A stretch of 64,000 nucleotides of DNA, from NCBI GenBank assembly GCA_964577975.1, contig CAZOBB010000058.1, forward strand, positions 19,367-83,366, read 5' to 3'. Below are positions 50,411 to 61,219 of this stretch, in pieces. Under the pieces are notes generated by a model. That model worked only from the letters and a program-made list of their open reading frames with translations. It ran no database searches and was not told the origin of the DNA. This DNA comes from an uncultured Thermodesulfobacteriota bacterium (GTDB lineage Bacteria > Desulfobacterota > S145-22). Every line of letters starts with the position of its first letter. Within the stretch, counting starts at the first letter, position 1. Position numbers and translations under genes: made by a program.

Positions 50411-51799
50411 TTACAAGATATAACGGCTCAAGTCTTCGTCCTCGACGAATTCCTTAAGCTGTTCCTCCACGTACTCTGCCGTTATGGTGACAGTTGGATC
50501 CTCTAACTCCGGCGCCTTGAAAGAAATATCATCTAGAAGTTTCTCCATAATCGTGTAGAGACGTCGCGCTCCTATGTTCTCCGTTTTCTCGTTAATCTGG
50601 GTGGCAATTTCCGCTATCTTTTCCACCGCTTCGTCTGTGAAATCCAACTTGATTCCCTCCGTCTGAAGGAGGGCCTTGTACTGCTTGATAAGGGCGTTTT
50701 TCGGTTCGGTCAATATTCGGACGAACTCCTCTTTCCCCAGGGAATCCAATTCTACACGAATAGGAAACCGACCCTGCAGTTCCGGTATCAAATCGGAGGG
50801 TTTAGAAACATAAAACGCTCCGGCGGCAATAAAAAGGATATGATCCGTCTTGACCATTCCGTGTTTGGTGTTGACCTTGGTTCCCTCCACGATGGGTAAA
50901 ATATCCCTTTGAACCCCTTCTCGAGAGACATCCGGCCCATGGCCCTGCTCTTTCCCTGCTATCTTGTCGATTTCGTCGAGAAAGATGATCCCCCCTTGTT
51001 CCACTCGCGTTAGGGCCTCTTTCACCACGCGATCCATATCGATAAGTTTCTGGGCCTCTTCCTGCGTCAACATCTCCAAGGCCTCAGGGATTTTGACCTT
51101 TTTATGTTTTGTCTTTTTGGGAAGGATATTGCTGAACATATCCTTCACGTTGATGCCCATCTCTTCAATACCGGAACCCGAAAAGATCTCAAAAACCGGC
51201 ATGGAGGTCTGCGTGATCTCCACATCGACGTAGCGTTCATCCAAACTTCCATTCCTCAAGAGTTGGCGCAACCGCTCCCTCGTTGACGGCGCCGACTTCT
51301 TCTCTCCCACGATCTCGAGGGGTTTTTCGCCAGAACGCATTCCATCATGGGCATGAGGCGCCGCTGGGCGGGGCGGCAAGAGGAGGTCCAAAAGACGCTC
51401 TTCCGCTATTTCCCGGGCCTTGTATTCAACCCGCTTATTCTCTTCGGCCTTGACCATATTGATGGCAATCTCTACAAGGTCCCGAATCATGGACTCCACG
51501 TCCCGCCCCACATAACCCACTTCCGTGAATTTGGAGGCCTCAATCTTCAAGAAAGGGGCATTGGAAAGTTTGGCCAAACGCCGGGCAATCTCCGTTTTTC
51601 CCACCCCCGTGGGGCCGATCATGATGATATTTTTCGGTGCTATCTCGTCCCGCAGGTCTTCAGGAACTTGTTGGCGTCGCCACCGGTTCCTCAGGGCGAG
51701 GGCGACAGCTCGTTTGGCCTCATGTTGTCCCACGATATATTTATCGAGCTCCGATACTATCTCACGAGGCGTAAAAGTATGGATATGTGTCTCATTCAT
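50411..51799 (-). CDS. hslU: ATP-dependent protease ATPase subunit HslU
   Basis: [38 protein letters not shown]; start ATG 51799 overlapping the hslV stop (ATGA). Confidence 0.97.
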   Translation of the reverse strand: MNETHIHTFTPREIVSELDKYIVGQHEAKRAVALALRNRWRRQQVPEDLRDEIAPKNIIMIGPTGVGKTEIARRLAKLSNAPFLKIEASKFTEVGYVGRDVESMIRDLVEIAINMVKAEENKRVEYKAREIAEERLLDLLLPPRPAAPHAHDGMRSGEKPLEIVGEKKSAPSTRERLRQLLRNGSLDERYVDVEITQTSMPVFEIFSGSGIEEMGINVKDMFSNILPKKTKHKKVKIPEALEMLTQEEAQKLIDMDRVVKEALTRVEQGGIIFLDEIDKIAGKEQGHGPDVSREGVQRDILPIVEGTKVNTKHGMVKTDHILFIAAGAFYVSKPSDLIPELQGRFPIRVELDSLGKEEFVRILTEPKNALIKQYKALLQTEGIKLDFTDEAVEKIAEIATQINEKTENIGARRLYTIMEKLLDDISFKAPELEDPTVTITAEYVEEQLKEFVEDEDLSRYIL

Positions 51800-52329
51800 G
51801 GCAATGTCTCTACTATAATTTCCTGGTTCGTGTAAATACAAATCTCCGACGCAATCTTCATTGCTGCTTTCACGATTTCATCAGCCGGCATTTCAGTATG
51901 TTCCAACAATGCCTTTGCCGCCGCCTGGGCATAAGCACCGCCCGATCCTATGGCCGCAATGGGCTCATCCGGCTCTATCACATCTCCACTCCCCGACAAG
52001 ATGAGGATATGTTTCTGATCCGCCACAACGATCATCGCCTCCAGTCGCCGCAAGAACCTATCTGTCCTCCAATCCTTGGCCAATTCAACCGCCGATCGTA
52101 CCAGATTCCCGTTCGTCCTTTCCAATTTCTCCTCAAAACGCTCGAAAAGGGTAAAGGCATCCGCCGTGGCTCCCGCGAATCCAGCTATCACCTTATCCTC
52201 GTAAAGGCGTCGGATCTTTCGCGCCTTCCTTTTGAAAACGGTTACATCAAATGTTACTTGACCGTCACCCGCCATCACGGTACGGCCCTCTTTCCGGACA
52301 CATAAGATCGTGGTTCCATGAAATTCCAT
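51796..52329 (-). CDS. hslV: ATP-dependent protease subunit HslV
   Basis: HGTTILCVR (N-terminal Thr nucleophile), [20 protein letters not shown]; start ATG 52329. Confidence 0.97.
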   Translation of the reverse strand: MEFHGTTILCVRKEGRTVMAGDGQVTFDVTVFKRKARKIRRLYEDKVIAGFAGATADAFTLFERFEEKLERTNGNLVRSAVELAKDWRTDRFLRRLEAMIVVADQKHILILSGSGDVIEPDEPIAAIGSGGAYAQAAAKALLEHTEMPADEIVKAAMKIASEICIYTNQEIIVETLP

Positions 52330-52330
52330 T

Positions 52331-53236
52331 CTATTTCCTCGGATGTGATTTATCATAAATCTCCATGAGTTTTTCCAGACTGATATGGGTATATTTTTGT
52401 GTCGTAGACAGGCTTGCATGTCCCAACATTTCCTGAATGGATCGCAAATCCGCACCGGCACCCAACAAATGCGTGGCAAACGAATGCCGCAAGGCGTGAG
52501 GATTAATGCGGCGAACCATTCCCCTTCGTCTCGCATAAGCCTTGATCATTCGTTCCACACTCCGCGCAGTCAGCCGCCCACCAAACCGGTTAAGAAACAG
52601 GGCGTTGTCCTCCTCTCCGCTTTTCGCAACTAACTCCCGCCGTTTTGTAAGGTAGGCTCGAATCGCCTCCAAAGCCTTCGCCCCCACGGGAACGATCCGC
52701 TCTTTGCCTCCTTTTCCTTTGACACGAATCAAGCGGATGGAGACATCCACATCCCCCACATTCAACGACACAACCTCCGAGACCCGGAGGCCGCTTGAAT
52801 AGATAAGTTCCAGGATCGCCTTGTTGCGGAGTGCCAAGGGGGTCTCTTCCATCTTCCCTTCCAATAGATGAAACACCTCATCCACACTCAGAAAATTCGG
52901 GATCTTTTTGGGTATCTTTGGAGACGACACCTCTCCCATGGGTGAAAACTCCACCACTCTTCTCCGCTTCAAAAAGGCAAAAAAACCTCTCAAGGCGGAA
53001 ACCTTTCTTGCAATCGAGGAAGGGGCATGGGTGCGATAGAGGGAAATGACAAATCGCCGCACATGGATCCCTTCGATTGCTTCGACAGAGGGATTCTCTC
53101 CCATCTCCGTCGCAAGGAACTTTCCGAATTGAAGCAGATCCTTTCGATAGCTTCGTAACGTATTCGGTGAGGAATTACTCTCTGCTTCCATGTTGGAGAT
53201 AAACTCCTCCACGGCATCTTCATATCTCATTTCCAT
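52331..53236 (-). CDS. xerC: Tyrosine recombinase XerC
   Basis: [37 protein letters not shown]; xerC-hslV-hslU synteny. Confidence 0.92.
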   Translation of the reverse strand: MEMRYEDAVEEFISNMEAESNSSPNTLRSYRKDLLQFGKFLATEMGENPSVEAIEGIHVRRFVISLYRTHAPSSIARKVSALRGFFAFLKRRRVVEFSPMGEVSSPKIPKKIPNFLSVDEVFHLLEGKMEETPLALRNKAILELIYSSGLRVSEVVSLNVGDVDVSIRLIRVKGKGGKERIVPVGAKALEAIRAYLTKRRELVAKSGEEDNALFLNRFGGRLTARSVERMIKAYARRRGMVRRINPHALRHSFATHLLGAGADLRSIQEMLGHASLSTTQKYTHISLEKLMEIYDKSHPRK

Positions 53237-53398
53237 CTCCCGTTTCGCATCCTATCCCAATCGATTTCAATAATCAACAGTATGTTTTTACAACTTTCTT
53301 CCTCCCCCTTATCTCAGTTCCAAAAATTTTCCTTGCCAGAAAACGTCGTTAGTGCTATTGAGAATACATCGTAACAAATACTGAAAGGAGGGTAAGCT

Positions 53399-54622
53399 AT
53401 GAAAAAAGTTCTCACCATTGGGTTCAAAGGGTTTTTGATCGTAGCATTCATGGCAACATTGATTGTCTCCGGCGCCTCTTCCCTTCATGCCAAAGACGTC
53501 ATCAAATTCGGTTGTGCCATCTGTTTCACGGGAAAAAACAGCCGGACGGGGAAGCTGTACGTCGATTCGTACAACCTCGCCAAAGAGGCCATCAACAAAG
53601 CTGGAGGTATAAAAGTAGGAGGGAAAAGCTATCTTGTCGAAATCAAATACTACGACGATAAAAGCAACGATGCAGAAAGCGCCAAACTCGTCGAGAAACT
53701 CATCGTGGAAGATAAGGTAAACTTCCTTCTGGGCCCCTACACAAGCTGGATCACCATTCCCGACAGCTTGGTCGCCCAACGCTACAAGATCCCCATGGTC
53801 GAAGGAGGCGGAGCTTCCAGCAAGATCTTTAGCCGAAAAAATCCGTACATCTTTGGTACCCTTCCGGCGGCCAGCCAATATTTCTATTCAACCCTCGAGA
53901 TGCTGGCAGGTTTCAAACCCAAACCCAAAAAGATCGCCATCATCTTCGGAGACGACAAATTCGATATCATGGTAGCGAAAGGGGTGAAGAAAGCGGTCAA
54001 GAAATTCGGGTTTGAGCTTGTCCTCTACGAGAAAATTTCCGAAAGCTCTGCCGATTTCAATACAATCCTCACAAAGGTCAAGTCTCTCGCTCCCGATGTC
54101 CTCCTGATGGCGGGCCACACCATTGGAGGCATCAATCTGGTACAGCAGGCGAAAGAATTGGACGTCAACGTGAAGATGATCTCCATGACGGTTGGCCCCT
54201 CGGAAGCGGATTTCCGCAAGTCGTTGGGGAAAGACGCCGAATATATTTTTGGAGTGGCAAGTTGGTCGCCTCAAATGAATTACAAGGGAATCATCTTCAA
54301 GGACACACAGGACTTCGTGAAAAAGTTCAAGGCGAAATACAACTATGATCCCGACTACCACAACGCCTCTGCCGTTGCCGTCTTGGCCGTTTTCAAAAAC
54401 GCCATCGAAAAGGCAGGCACCCTTGATCCTCAAAAGGTTCGTGACGAAATCGCCAAGACCGACATCGAAACCATTTACGGTCCGGTGAAGTTCAATCCCA
54501 ACGGACAGATCAAAGGGAGCAGCGTTGTCTTGCAGATTCAGGGCGGAAAGGTATATCAAGTCTACCCCAAAGGCAGCAGAAAACCAATTTACCCCATGCC
54601 GAAATGGAAAGAGAGGAAATAA
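53399..54622 (+). CDS. Branched-chain amino acid (LivJ/LivK-like) ABC transporter substrate-binding protein
   Basis: Signal peptide; YYDDKSN, FLLGPYTS, DDKFD; class I periplasmic-binding fold pattern. Confidence 0.88.
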   Translation: MKKVLTIGFKGFLIVAFMATLIVSGASSLHAKDVIKFGCAICFTGKNSRTGKLYVDSYNLAKEAINKAGGIKVGGKSYLVEIKYYDDKSNDAESAKLVEKLIVEDKVNFLLGPYTSWITIPDSLVAQRYKIPMVEGGGASSKIFSRKNPYIFGTLPAASQYFYSTLEMLAGFKPKPKKIAIIFGDDKFDIMVAKGVKKAVKKFGFELVLYEKISESSADFNTILTKVKSLAPDVLLMAGHTIGGINLVQQAKELDVNVKMISMTVGPSEADFRKSLGKDAEYIFGVASWSPQMNYKGIIFKDTQDFVKKFKAKYNYDPDYHNASAVAVLAVFKNAIEKAGTLDPQKVRDEIAKTDIETIYGPVKFNPNGQIKGSSVVLQIQGGKVYQVYPKGSRKPIYPMPKWKERK

Positions 54623-54643
54623 AGTTACAACCGCCAATCCAGT

Positions 54644-54673
54644 AAGGGAGCACGTTTATGTGCTCCCTTTTTT
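54644..54673. terminator. Intrinsic terminator after the substrate-binding protein gene
   Basis: AAGGGAGCAC-GTTTAT-GTGCTCCCTT-TTTT. Confidence 0.85.
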
Positions 54674-56337
54674 CATCGGCTCGGTCTGAGGATGAGAAAA
54701 CGGCGATGTCCCACGCGTCCCTCCCACATAACCTCGAGGGGCACGGGGACCATGCTGGCTGCCTCCTTCACCTGACGCTTCCTCAACAACAAAGCCGCCT
54801 TGGGTGATCTTTGAAGAAACGCCATCTCGTTCGGATCGGCAGGCACGACAGGAATATGGGTTCGTCGGGTGTAAAATAGAATCCCCGCGTGCTGGAGCCA
54901 TCCGTATGTCCGCAGGTCATACCCTTCATCCATCAAGGCTTGCACCTTTTCTCCCAGCGCCCTTGGAGACTTTACCGTATCAAACATGGGCAAGATCCAT
55001 CTCGTTCCAAGAAAAAACACCGCATAAAAGGCAAGAAAGATTAGGACAACCCCGTACTTGAATCTTTTTTTGTAGGTCAAAACACCCAGTATCACCCCTG
55101 TCCCGATTCCCATACCTCCCAAGAGTAGAAAAGGAAAAAGCGGTATTTTCAAATCCGGAAAACGGGAGTGAATCAGATATGGCACGAATGGAGCCAGGAG
55201 GCCTCCCAACACGGACACGATTCCCAAGGCATAAACGGGAACCTGATACCACCGATTCCACTCCACTTCACCCCTCCACAGGCCACTCAGATAAACTCCA
55301 ACCACGAGGCCTCCCGCCGGCACGAGGGAGAGGGCATACAACTGTCGTTTACTCCCGGAGAACGAAAGGAACAGGATGTTGGCAACGATCCAGACCACCA
55401 CGAACATAAAAGGCTTCCAAAAGTGTTTTTCGGATCTCCGTCTCAACGCAAACCACACCGCCCCCGGGACAAAAAAAGTCCAGGGAAGAAGCGTTTCGGG
55501 AAATCCATAAAAATAAAACCAGAACCCTTTCTTGTGATTGATCCCATGCACATACCGGGTAACAGTCTGCCGAAAAATGAGTTCATGGGTATACGCCTTC
55601 CCTCCCGCAAGACACGTCGGCGCCAAACCCGCAACGAGCACGAGGACGAAGATACCCACCCCACTCAACCAGGGAACTTTCTTCAACACCTGAAACTCCC
55701 CTTCCACCAAAAGGTAAACGATCAATGTCAAAAAAGGGACAATGATTCCCAAGGGGCCTTTGGTGATAGTCGCCACACCGGAAAAGAAAAATGCCAGTCG
55801 AAAATAGAGGGTCCTGTGACGCTCCTCTTCCATGGCCCTGACCACCATGTAAACGGAGGCAAGGATAAAAAGGGTCATTACCGTATCCAAATTGACCCGA
55901 TTGGCCAACCAGAAATACTCACTCGTGGTGGCCAAAACAAGCGCCGAAAAGAAACCCGTCAAAGGATCGAAGAGGCGACGTCCAATCAGAAAAATCAGAA
56001 GGATTCCCAATACGGCACTCAGCGCTATGGGAAATCTCGCCGTAAACTCATCGATCCGATGGAATATTTTATAAGATCCCGCCACCAACCAAAAAAAGAA
56101 GGGAGGCTTCTGGGTATATACCTGCCCGTTGAGATGGGGAACAAGCAGGGTACGATCCAACACCATTTCCCTTGCGATCTCTGAATATCGCGGCTCATCC
56201 GGATTCCAGAGGTCACGTTTCCCAAGATTGGCGAAAAGGAGGGTCGCCGAAAAGAGAAGGCTCCCCACCACTGCCAACACCACCCATTTCCTCATTCCAC
56301 CGGATTCTTCCATGCCCCTCTTCGCTTTTTCTTCCAT
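54673..56337 (-). CDS. ArnT-like 4-amino-4-deoxy-L-arabinose transferase family (GT-C) protein
   Basis: LWNPDEPRYSEIAREM, KPPFFFWL, TKGPLGI, LLPWT, KRQLY motifs; 3 nt after carB. Confidence 0.88.
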   Translation of the reverse strand: MEEKAKRGMEESGGMRKWVVLAVVGSLLFSATLLFANLGKRDLWNPDEPRYSEIAREMVLDRTLLVPHLNGQVYTQKPPFFFWLVAGSYKIFHRIDEFTARFPIALSAVLGILLIFLIGRRLFDPLTGFFSALVLATTSEYFWLANRVNLDTVMTLFILASVYMVVRAMEEERHRTLYFRLAFFFSGVATITKGPLGIIVPFLTLIVYLLVEGEFQVLKKVPWLSGVGIFVLVLVAGLAPTCLAGGKAYTHELIFRQTVTRYVHGINHKKGFWFYFYGFPETLLPWTFFVPGAVWFALRRRSEKHFWKPFMFVVVWIVANILFLSFSGSKRQLYALSLVPAGGLVVGVYLSGLWRGEVEWNRWYQVPVYALGIVSVLGGLLAPFVPYLIHSRFPDLKIPLFPFLLLGGMGIGTGVILGVLTYKKRFKYGVVLIFLAFYAVFFLGTRWILPMFDTVKSPRALGEKVQALMDEGYDLRTYGWLQHAGILFYTRRTHIPVVPADPNEMAFLQRSPKAALLLRKRQVKEAASMVPVPLEVMWEGRVGHRRFLILRPSR

Positions 56338-56340
56338 GTC

Positions 56341-59300
56341 TTACATACCTGCATGATATTCTTGAATGGAACGAATCGTAAATCCATGTTTTTTCATGGA
56401 CTCGATCCCATTCACGGCCGCGTATGCCCCATAGATGGTAGTGATACAGGGAATGCCGTGGCTTACGGCTTCGGTCCGGATGGCGATTTCATCCGCCTTG
56501 GGTTTTTTCCCGCTGGGGGTATTGATGATCAACTGGATCTGTCCATTCTTTATGAAATCGACCACATCGGGACGTCCCTCACTTACCTTATAAACGGGTT
56601 GGACCTCGATGCCGTTCTTCGCCAAGACCTTTCGCGTACCCGCCGTCGCAATCAGTTTGAATCCCAAATCCACCAACTTCTTGGCCAAAAAGATGATTTG
56701 CCGTTTATCTTTGTTCTTCACGCTGATAAAGACATTCCCCTCCGTCGGTAACGCATTGCCCGCCGCTATCTGGGATTTGGCGAAGGCCGCACCGAAATCG
56801 CTATCCACCCCCATAACCTCACCCGTTGATTTCATTTCCGGACCTAAAACCGTATCGACTCCTGGAAAGCGGTTGAAAGGAAAAACCGATTCCTTCACGG
56901 TGACGTAGGAGATCTCTTTCTCCGATACCCCAAGCTCCGCAATTTTCTTTCCCGCCATGATCTTGGCGGCGATCTTTGCCCAGGGAATCCCCTTCGATTT
57001 ACTTACAAATGGGATCGTCCGTGAAGCTCGCGGATTCACCTCCAGCACGTAAATCACATCGTTCTTTACCGCGTACTGGACATTCATGAGGCCAACGACG
57101 TTAAGCTCCTTGGCCAAGGCGTAGGTGTTCTGACGAATTCTTTCTATCTGTTCATCGGTGAGAGAGAAAGGAGGAATGGCGCACGCGCTATCCCCCGAAT
57201 GGACCCCCGCTTCCTCAATATGTTCCATGATGCCGCAAATGAGGCATTGATCCCCATCCGCCACCGCATCCACATCAATCTCTATGGCATCTTCCAAAAA
57301 CTTATCGATAAGAATGGGATGCTCCGGGGACGCTTTCACGGCGGAAGAGATATACCCTTCCAATGTCTCTTCGTCATAGACAATTTCCATCGCCCGCCCT
57401 CCCAAGACATAGGAAGGACGTACGACAACAGGGTAACTTATCGATTTTGCGACCTCTTTCGCTTCCTCAAACGACACGGCGATACCGTTGGCCGGCTGAA
57501 CCAAACCCAATTTGTTCAGCAAGGCCTGAAATTTCTCGCGATCTTCCGCCCGATCGATATCTTCCGGATCGGTCCCCAGAATGGGAACCCCCGCTTCCTT
57601 CAGAGGAAGCGCCAAATTCAAGGGGGTCTGTCCTCCCAATTGGACGATCACCCCCACCGGATGCTCGCGATCCACGATACCGAGAACGTCTTCCAACGTG
57701 AGAGGTTCAAAAAAGAGCTTATCCGATGTGTCGTAATCGGTGCTGACCGTTTCCGGATTGCTATTGACCATGATCGTTTCGTATCCAATCTCTTTCAGGG
57801 CAAACGAGGCATGCACACAGCAGTAGTCAAACTCGATCCCCTGCCCGATTCGATTGGGCCCTCCCCCGAGGATCATGATCTTCTCCTTGTCCGAAAAGCG
57901 GGTCTCGTCCTCCGATTCGTAGGTGGAATAATAATAGGGAGTATATGCCTCAAACTCGGCCGCGCAGGTGTCCACGAGTTTATAGGTTGAAACGACTCCC
58001 TCCCCCAGGCGGGCTTCACGGACGTTGGCTTCTTCCGTCCTCAAGAGATAGGCAAGCTGCCGGTCGGAAAATCCCATCTGCTTGGCCTGTCGCCAGATAG
58101 CCGGTGGCAGATACCTTTCCCTTTCGAATTGCTCGGCATACCCCCGTATTTCTTCCTCAAAATCCGTAATCTGCTGGATCTGATCCAAAAACCATGGATC
58201 GATCTTCGTCAATTCGTGAATCTCTGAAAGCGACATCCCCGCCTTGAAGGCGTAACGAAGGTAGAAAATCCGCTCCGGGCAAGGATGGATCAGCTTCTGC
58301 CGCAACAAAAGCTGACAGGTCTCCACTTGATGGGAGGCGATCCCTTCCCCTGGTCGACATCCCACATCGAGGAGGGGATCATCCTTGCCATCCGCCCCCA
58401 ACCCATAGCGATCAATCTCCAACGACCGAAGCCCTTTCTGCAACGCTTCCTTGAAGGTTCTCCCGATGGCCATCGTCTCGCCGACCGATTTCATGGAAAT
58501 ACCCAGGATCTCCTCCGCCCCTGGAAACTTTTCAAAGGTAAAGCGGGGAATCTTAACCACGCAGTAATCGATGGTTGGCTCAAACGAAGCGGGAGTTTCT
58601 TTCGTGATATCGTTGGGAATTTCATCCAAAGTATATCCCACCGCCAGTTTAGCGGCAAACTTGGCGATAGGGAAACCCGTTGCCTTGGAAGCCAAAGCAG
58701 AACTCCGCGACACACGGGGATTCATCTCGATGATAACCATCCGTCCCGTCTCCGGGTTGACGGCGAATTGGATGTTGGAACCGCCCGTCTCCACGCCGAT
58801 GGCCCGGATCACCCGGATCGCCGCGTCCCGCATCCTCTGGTATTCCCGGTCGCTCAGCGTCTGGGCGGGAGCTACTGTGATGCTATCCCCGGTGTGCACT
58901 CCCATCGGATCAAGATTTTCAATAGAACACACGATCACGACGTTGTCTTTTGCATCCCGCATCACTTCCAGCTCGAACTCCTTCCATCCAATAACCGATT
59001 CTTCGACCAATACTTCATTAATCATGCTCTGTTCGAGACCGCTGTTCACAATACGACGCAACTCGTCCACGTTGTATGCGATTCCTCCTCCTGTCCCCCC
59101 CAACGTAAAACTAGGCCGAATAATAATAGGAAACCCCATTTCCTCCGCCAGAGAAAGGGCCTCTTCCAATGTATGGGCAACACCGCTCTTCGGTAGATCC
59201 AGACCCGCCTTCTCCATGGTTTCCTTAAAGATATCTCGATCCTCAGCCCGCTTGATGGTTTCATAGGTTGCCCCAATCATCTCGACACCCAAGGACTGAG

Positions 59301-59622
59301 GCACTCCCATCTCCCACAAGGCCACGGCGATATTTAGTCCCGTCTGCCCACCTAACGTGGGAAGAAGGGCATCAGGGCGCTCTCGCTCTAGGATCCTCGC
59401 CACAATCTCCGGAGACAATGGTTCGATGTAAGTTCGATCCGCCATCTCGGGATCGGTCATGATCGTGGCCGGATTGCTGTTGACCAGGACCACTTCGTAT
59501 CCCTCTTCTTTCAGAGCCTTACAGGCCTGGGTTCCTGAGTAATCGAACTCGCACGCCTGGCTGATGACGATGGGGCCGGAGCCAATAATCATGATCTTAT
59601 GAATATCCGTGCGTTTTGGCAT
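56341..59622 (-). CDS. carB: Carbamoyl-phosphate synthase large subunit
   Basis: [26 protein letters not shown], duplicated ATP-grasp halves, C-terminal MGS domain. Confidence 0.99.
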   Translation of the reverse strand: MPKRTDIHKIMIIGSGPIVISQACEFDYSGTQACKALKEEGYEVVLVNSNPATIMTDPEMADRTYIEPLSPEIVARILERERPDALLPTLGGQTGLNIAVALWEMGVPQSLGVEMIGATYETIKRAEDRDIFKETMEKAGLDLPKSGVAHTLEEALSLAEEMGFPIIIRPSFTLGGTGGGIAYNVDELRRIVNSGLEQSMINEVLVEESVIGWKEFELEVMRDAKDNVVIVCSIENLDPMGVHTGDSITVAPAQTLSDREYQRMRDAAIRVIRAIGVETGGSNIQFAVNPETGRMVIIEMNPRVSRSSALASKATGFPIAKFAAKLAVGYTLDEIPNDITKETPASFEPTIDYCVVKIPRFTFEKFPGAEEILGISMKSVGETMAIGRTFKEALQKGLRSLEIDRYGLGADGKDDPLLDVGCRPGEGIASHQVETCQLLLRQKLIHPCPERIFYLRYAFKAGMSLSEIHELTKIDPWFLDQIQQITDFEEEIRGYAEQFERERYLPPAIWRQAKQMGFSDRQLAYLLRTEEANVREARLGEGVVSTYKLVDTCAAEFEAYTPYYYSTYESEDETRFSDKEKIMILGGGPNRIGQGIEFDYCCVHASFALKEIGYETIMVNSNPETVSTDYDTSDKLFFEPLTLEDVLGIVDREHPVGVIVQLGGQTPLNLALPLKEAGVPILGTDPEDIDRAEDREKFQALLNKLGLVQPANGIAVSFEEAKEVAKSISYPVVVRPSYVLGGRAMEIVYDEETLEGYISSAVKASPEHPILIDKFLEDAIEIDVDAVADGDQCLICGIMEHIEEAGVHSGDSACAIPPFSLTDEQIERIRQNTYALAKELNVVGLMNVQYAVKNDVIYVLEVNPRASRTIPFVSKSKGIPWAKIAAKIMAGKKIAELGVSEKEISYVTVKESVFPFNRFPGVDTVLGPEMKSTGEVMGVDSDFGAAFAKSQIAAGNALPTEGNVFISVKNKDKRQIIFLAKKLVDLGFKLIATAGTRKVLAKNGIEVQPVYKVSEGRPDVVDFIKNGQIQLIINTPSGKKPKADEIAIRTEAVSHGIPCITTIYGAYAAVNGIESMKKHGFTIRSIQEYHAGM

Positions 59623-59629
59623 GACGAAC

Positions 59630-60772
59630 CTAAGAAGTTCCTTGTCCCATCATTCTAAAAAAATCGACGAAATGAAAAATCGCGTCGTGGGGACCCGGAG
59701 AATTCTCTGGATGATATTGAACAGAAAATATGGGAAGGAACCTATGTCGCATCCCCTCCGGTGTTTGATCGTTAAGGTTGATGTGGGTCAGGACCACTTC
59801 GTCTTTAGAAAGGCTCCCTTCTTCCACGCAGAAGCCGTGATTCTGCGCCGTAATGGCAACGGTCCTCTTTTCCAAGTCCATCACCGGCTGATTACCTCCG
59901 TGGTGTCCAAATTTCAACTTGAAGGTTGTGCCCCCCAACGCGAGCCCCAAAATTTGATGTCCCAAACAGATCCCAAACATCGGCTTTTTTCCAATCAATT
60001 CCTTCACCGTTTCCACGACATACGGCACTCCCTGGGGATCTCCCGGACCGTTGGAGAGAAAGATCCCATCGGGATTCAAGGAAAGGATCTCGTCCGTTTT
60101 CGTACGAGCAGGAACCACGGTCACTCGCGCTCCCATCGTTTTCATGATGCGCAAGATATTCCTCTTCACGCCGCAATCAATGGCAACAATGTGAAAATTT
60201 GGTTGGGAATCAATCTTGAGATGATAAAGCGTCTCCTCCACCCAAGGGCTCGTTTCCTCCCACTCATACGGCTTTTCACACGTCACTTCCTTCACGAGGT
60301 CTTTTCCGATGAGGCTAGGGCATTCCCTTGCCATCTCCACAAGTTTCTCGCGGCCCAGCTCTTCCGTCGAGATAACCCCATTCAAAGCCCCTTTTACGCG
60401 AAGAAGCTTGGTGATCGCACGCGTGTCCACCCCTTCGATTCCCACGACACCGTAACGTTTGAGAAAGGAATCGAGACCTTCCTGACTCCGGTAATTACTC
60501 GCTACCCGGCTGACCTCCCTCACTACGAACCCCTCCACATGGGGTTTGTCCGATTCCATATCTTCCGGGTTAATGCCATAATTTCCAATGAGAGGATAGG
60601 TCATCGTTACAATCTGACCGTTGTAGGAGGGATCCGTGAGGATCTCCTGATACCCCATCATGCTGGTATTGAAAACGAATTCACCAAAAACGGTCCCCTG
60701 CGCCCCAAAATTCAGGCCATAAAAAACGCTACCGTCCTCCAATGCGACAGCAGCGCCAACCTTTTTACCCAT
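59630..60772 (-). CDS. carA: Carbamoyl-phosphate synthase small subunit
   Basis: [34 protein letters not shown]; start ATG 60772 behind GAGGAGG. Confidence 0.98.
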   Translation of the reverse strand: MGKKVGAAVALEDGSVFYGLNFGAQGTVFGEFVFNTSMMGYQEILTDPSYNGQIVTMTYPLIGNYGINPEDMESDKPHVEGFVVREVSRVASNYRSQEGLDSFLKRYGVVGIEGVDTRAITKLLRVKGALNGVISTEELGREKLVEMARECPSLIGKDLVKEVTCEKPYEWEETSPWVEETLYHLKIDSQPNFHIVAIDCGVKRNILRIMKTMGARVTVVPARTKTDEILSLNPDGIFLSNGPGDPQGVPYVVETVKELIGKKPMFGICLGHQILGLALGGTTFKLKFGHHGGNQPVMDLEKRTVAITAQNHGFCVEEGSLSKDEVVLTHINLNDQTPEGMRHRFLPIFSVQYHPENSPGPHDAIFHFVDFFRMMGQGTS

Positions 60773-60792
60773 ACCTCCTCCTTTGCCCGGAA

Positions 60793-60821
60793 AACCTACC
60801 AAAAAGGTTTCGTACTGTCAA
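60793..60821 (-). promoter_or_regulatory. Sigma70-type promoter for carAB
   Basis: TTGACA (60821-60816), 17-nt spacer, TAGGTT (60798-60793). Confidence 0.6.
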
Positions 60822-61219
60822 TCACATCCCCTCCCGGACAAAACCTCTCCTCCACCGGTCACGTCAGTTTTCAATCTTGCCATACAATCCTTGCTTCTGT
60901 GCAACCTCCCCATCCCTACCTACAAAACATCTCCCCAAGCCTTCTACCTCCTGAGGGAATCTACCGTTATTCATATCGACGGAAAAGCGCACAAAATCAG
61001 GCAGGTACAGTTGTTTGAACCGCACGACGACTCCCTCGTTGAACAAAAATTTTGGCCAGGGAGAGTTTACCCCTCTGGACGTCGTCCGTTTTCCAAAAAA
61101 AGAATCCTAGGAGATCAATACAACAAAATAGCTTTCCTTCCATTCACCCCTAATTTGAAAAGGATATGTAAATGTGCTAGACAATGTAAATTAAGGGGAA
61201 AGGAAGTTACGGTTTTACC

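Noticed and set aside
52331-53236. Tyrosine recombinase as the integrase of a mobile element
   Set aside because: About 300 aa, lacks an arm-binding extension, and sits in the conserved xerC-hslV-hslU context; no att sites, tRNA or cargo nearby.
55168-56184. 338-aa plus-strand ORF and similar long antisense ORFs (58285-59196, 57199-57990, 43551-44465, 38469-39215)
   Set aside because: All overlap well-supported genes on the opposite strand and show no domain signatures.
59609-61018. 469-aa plus-strand ORF
   Set aside because: Shadow frame antisense to carA with no recognisable motifs.
60830-61200. Small ORFs between carA and the histidine kinase (e.g. 60864-61046)
   Set aside because: No recognisable motif or convincing SD/start pair; the region is adequately explained as a divergent promoter spacer.
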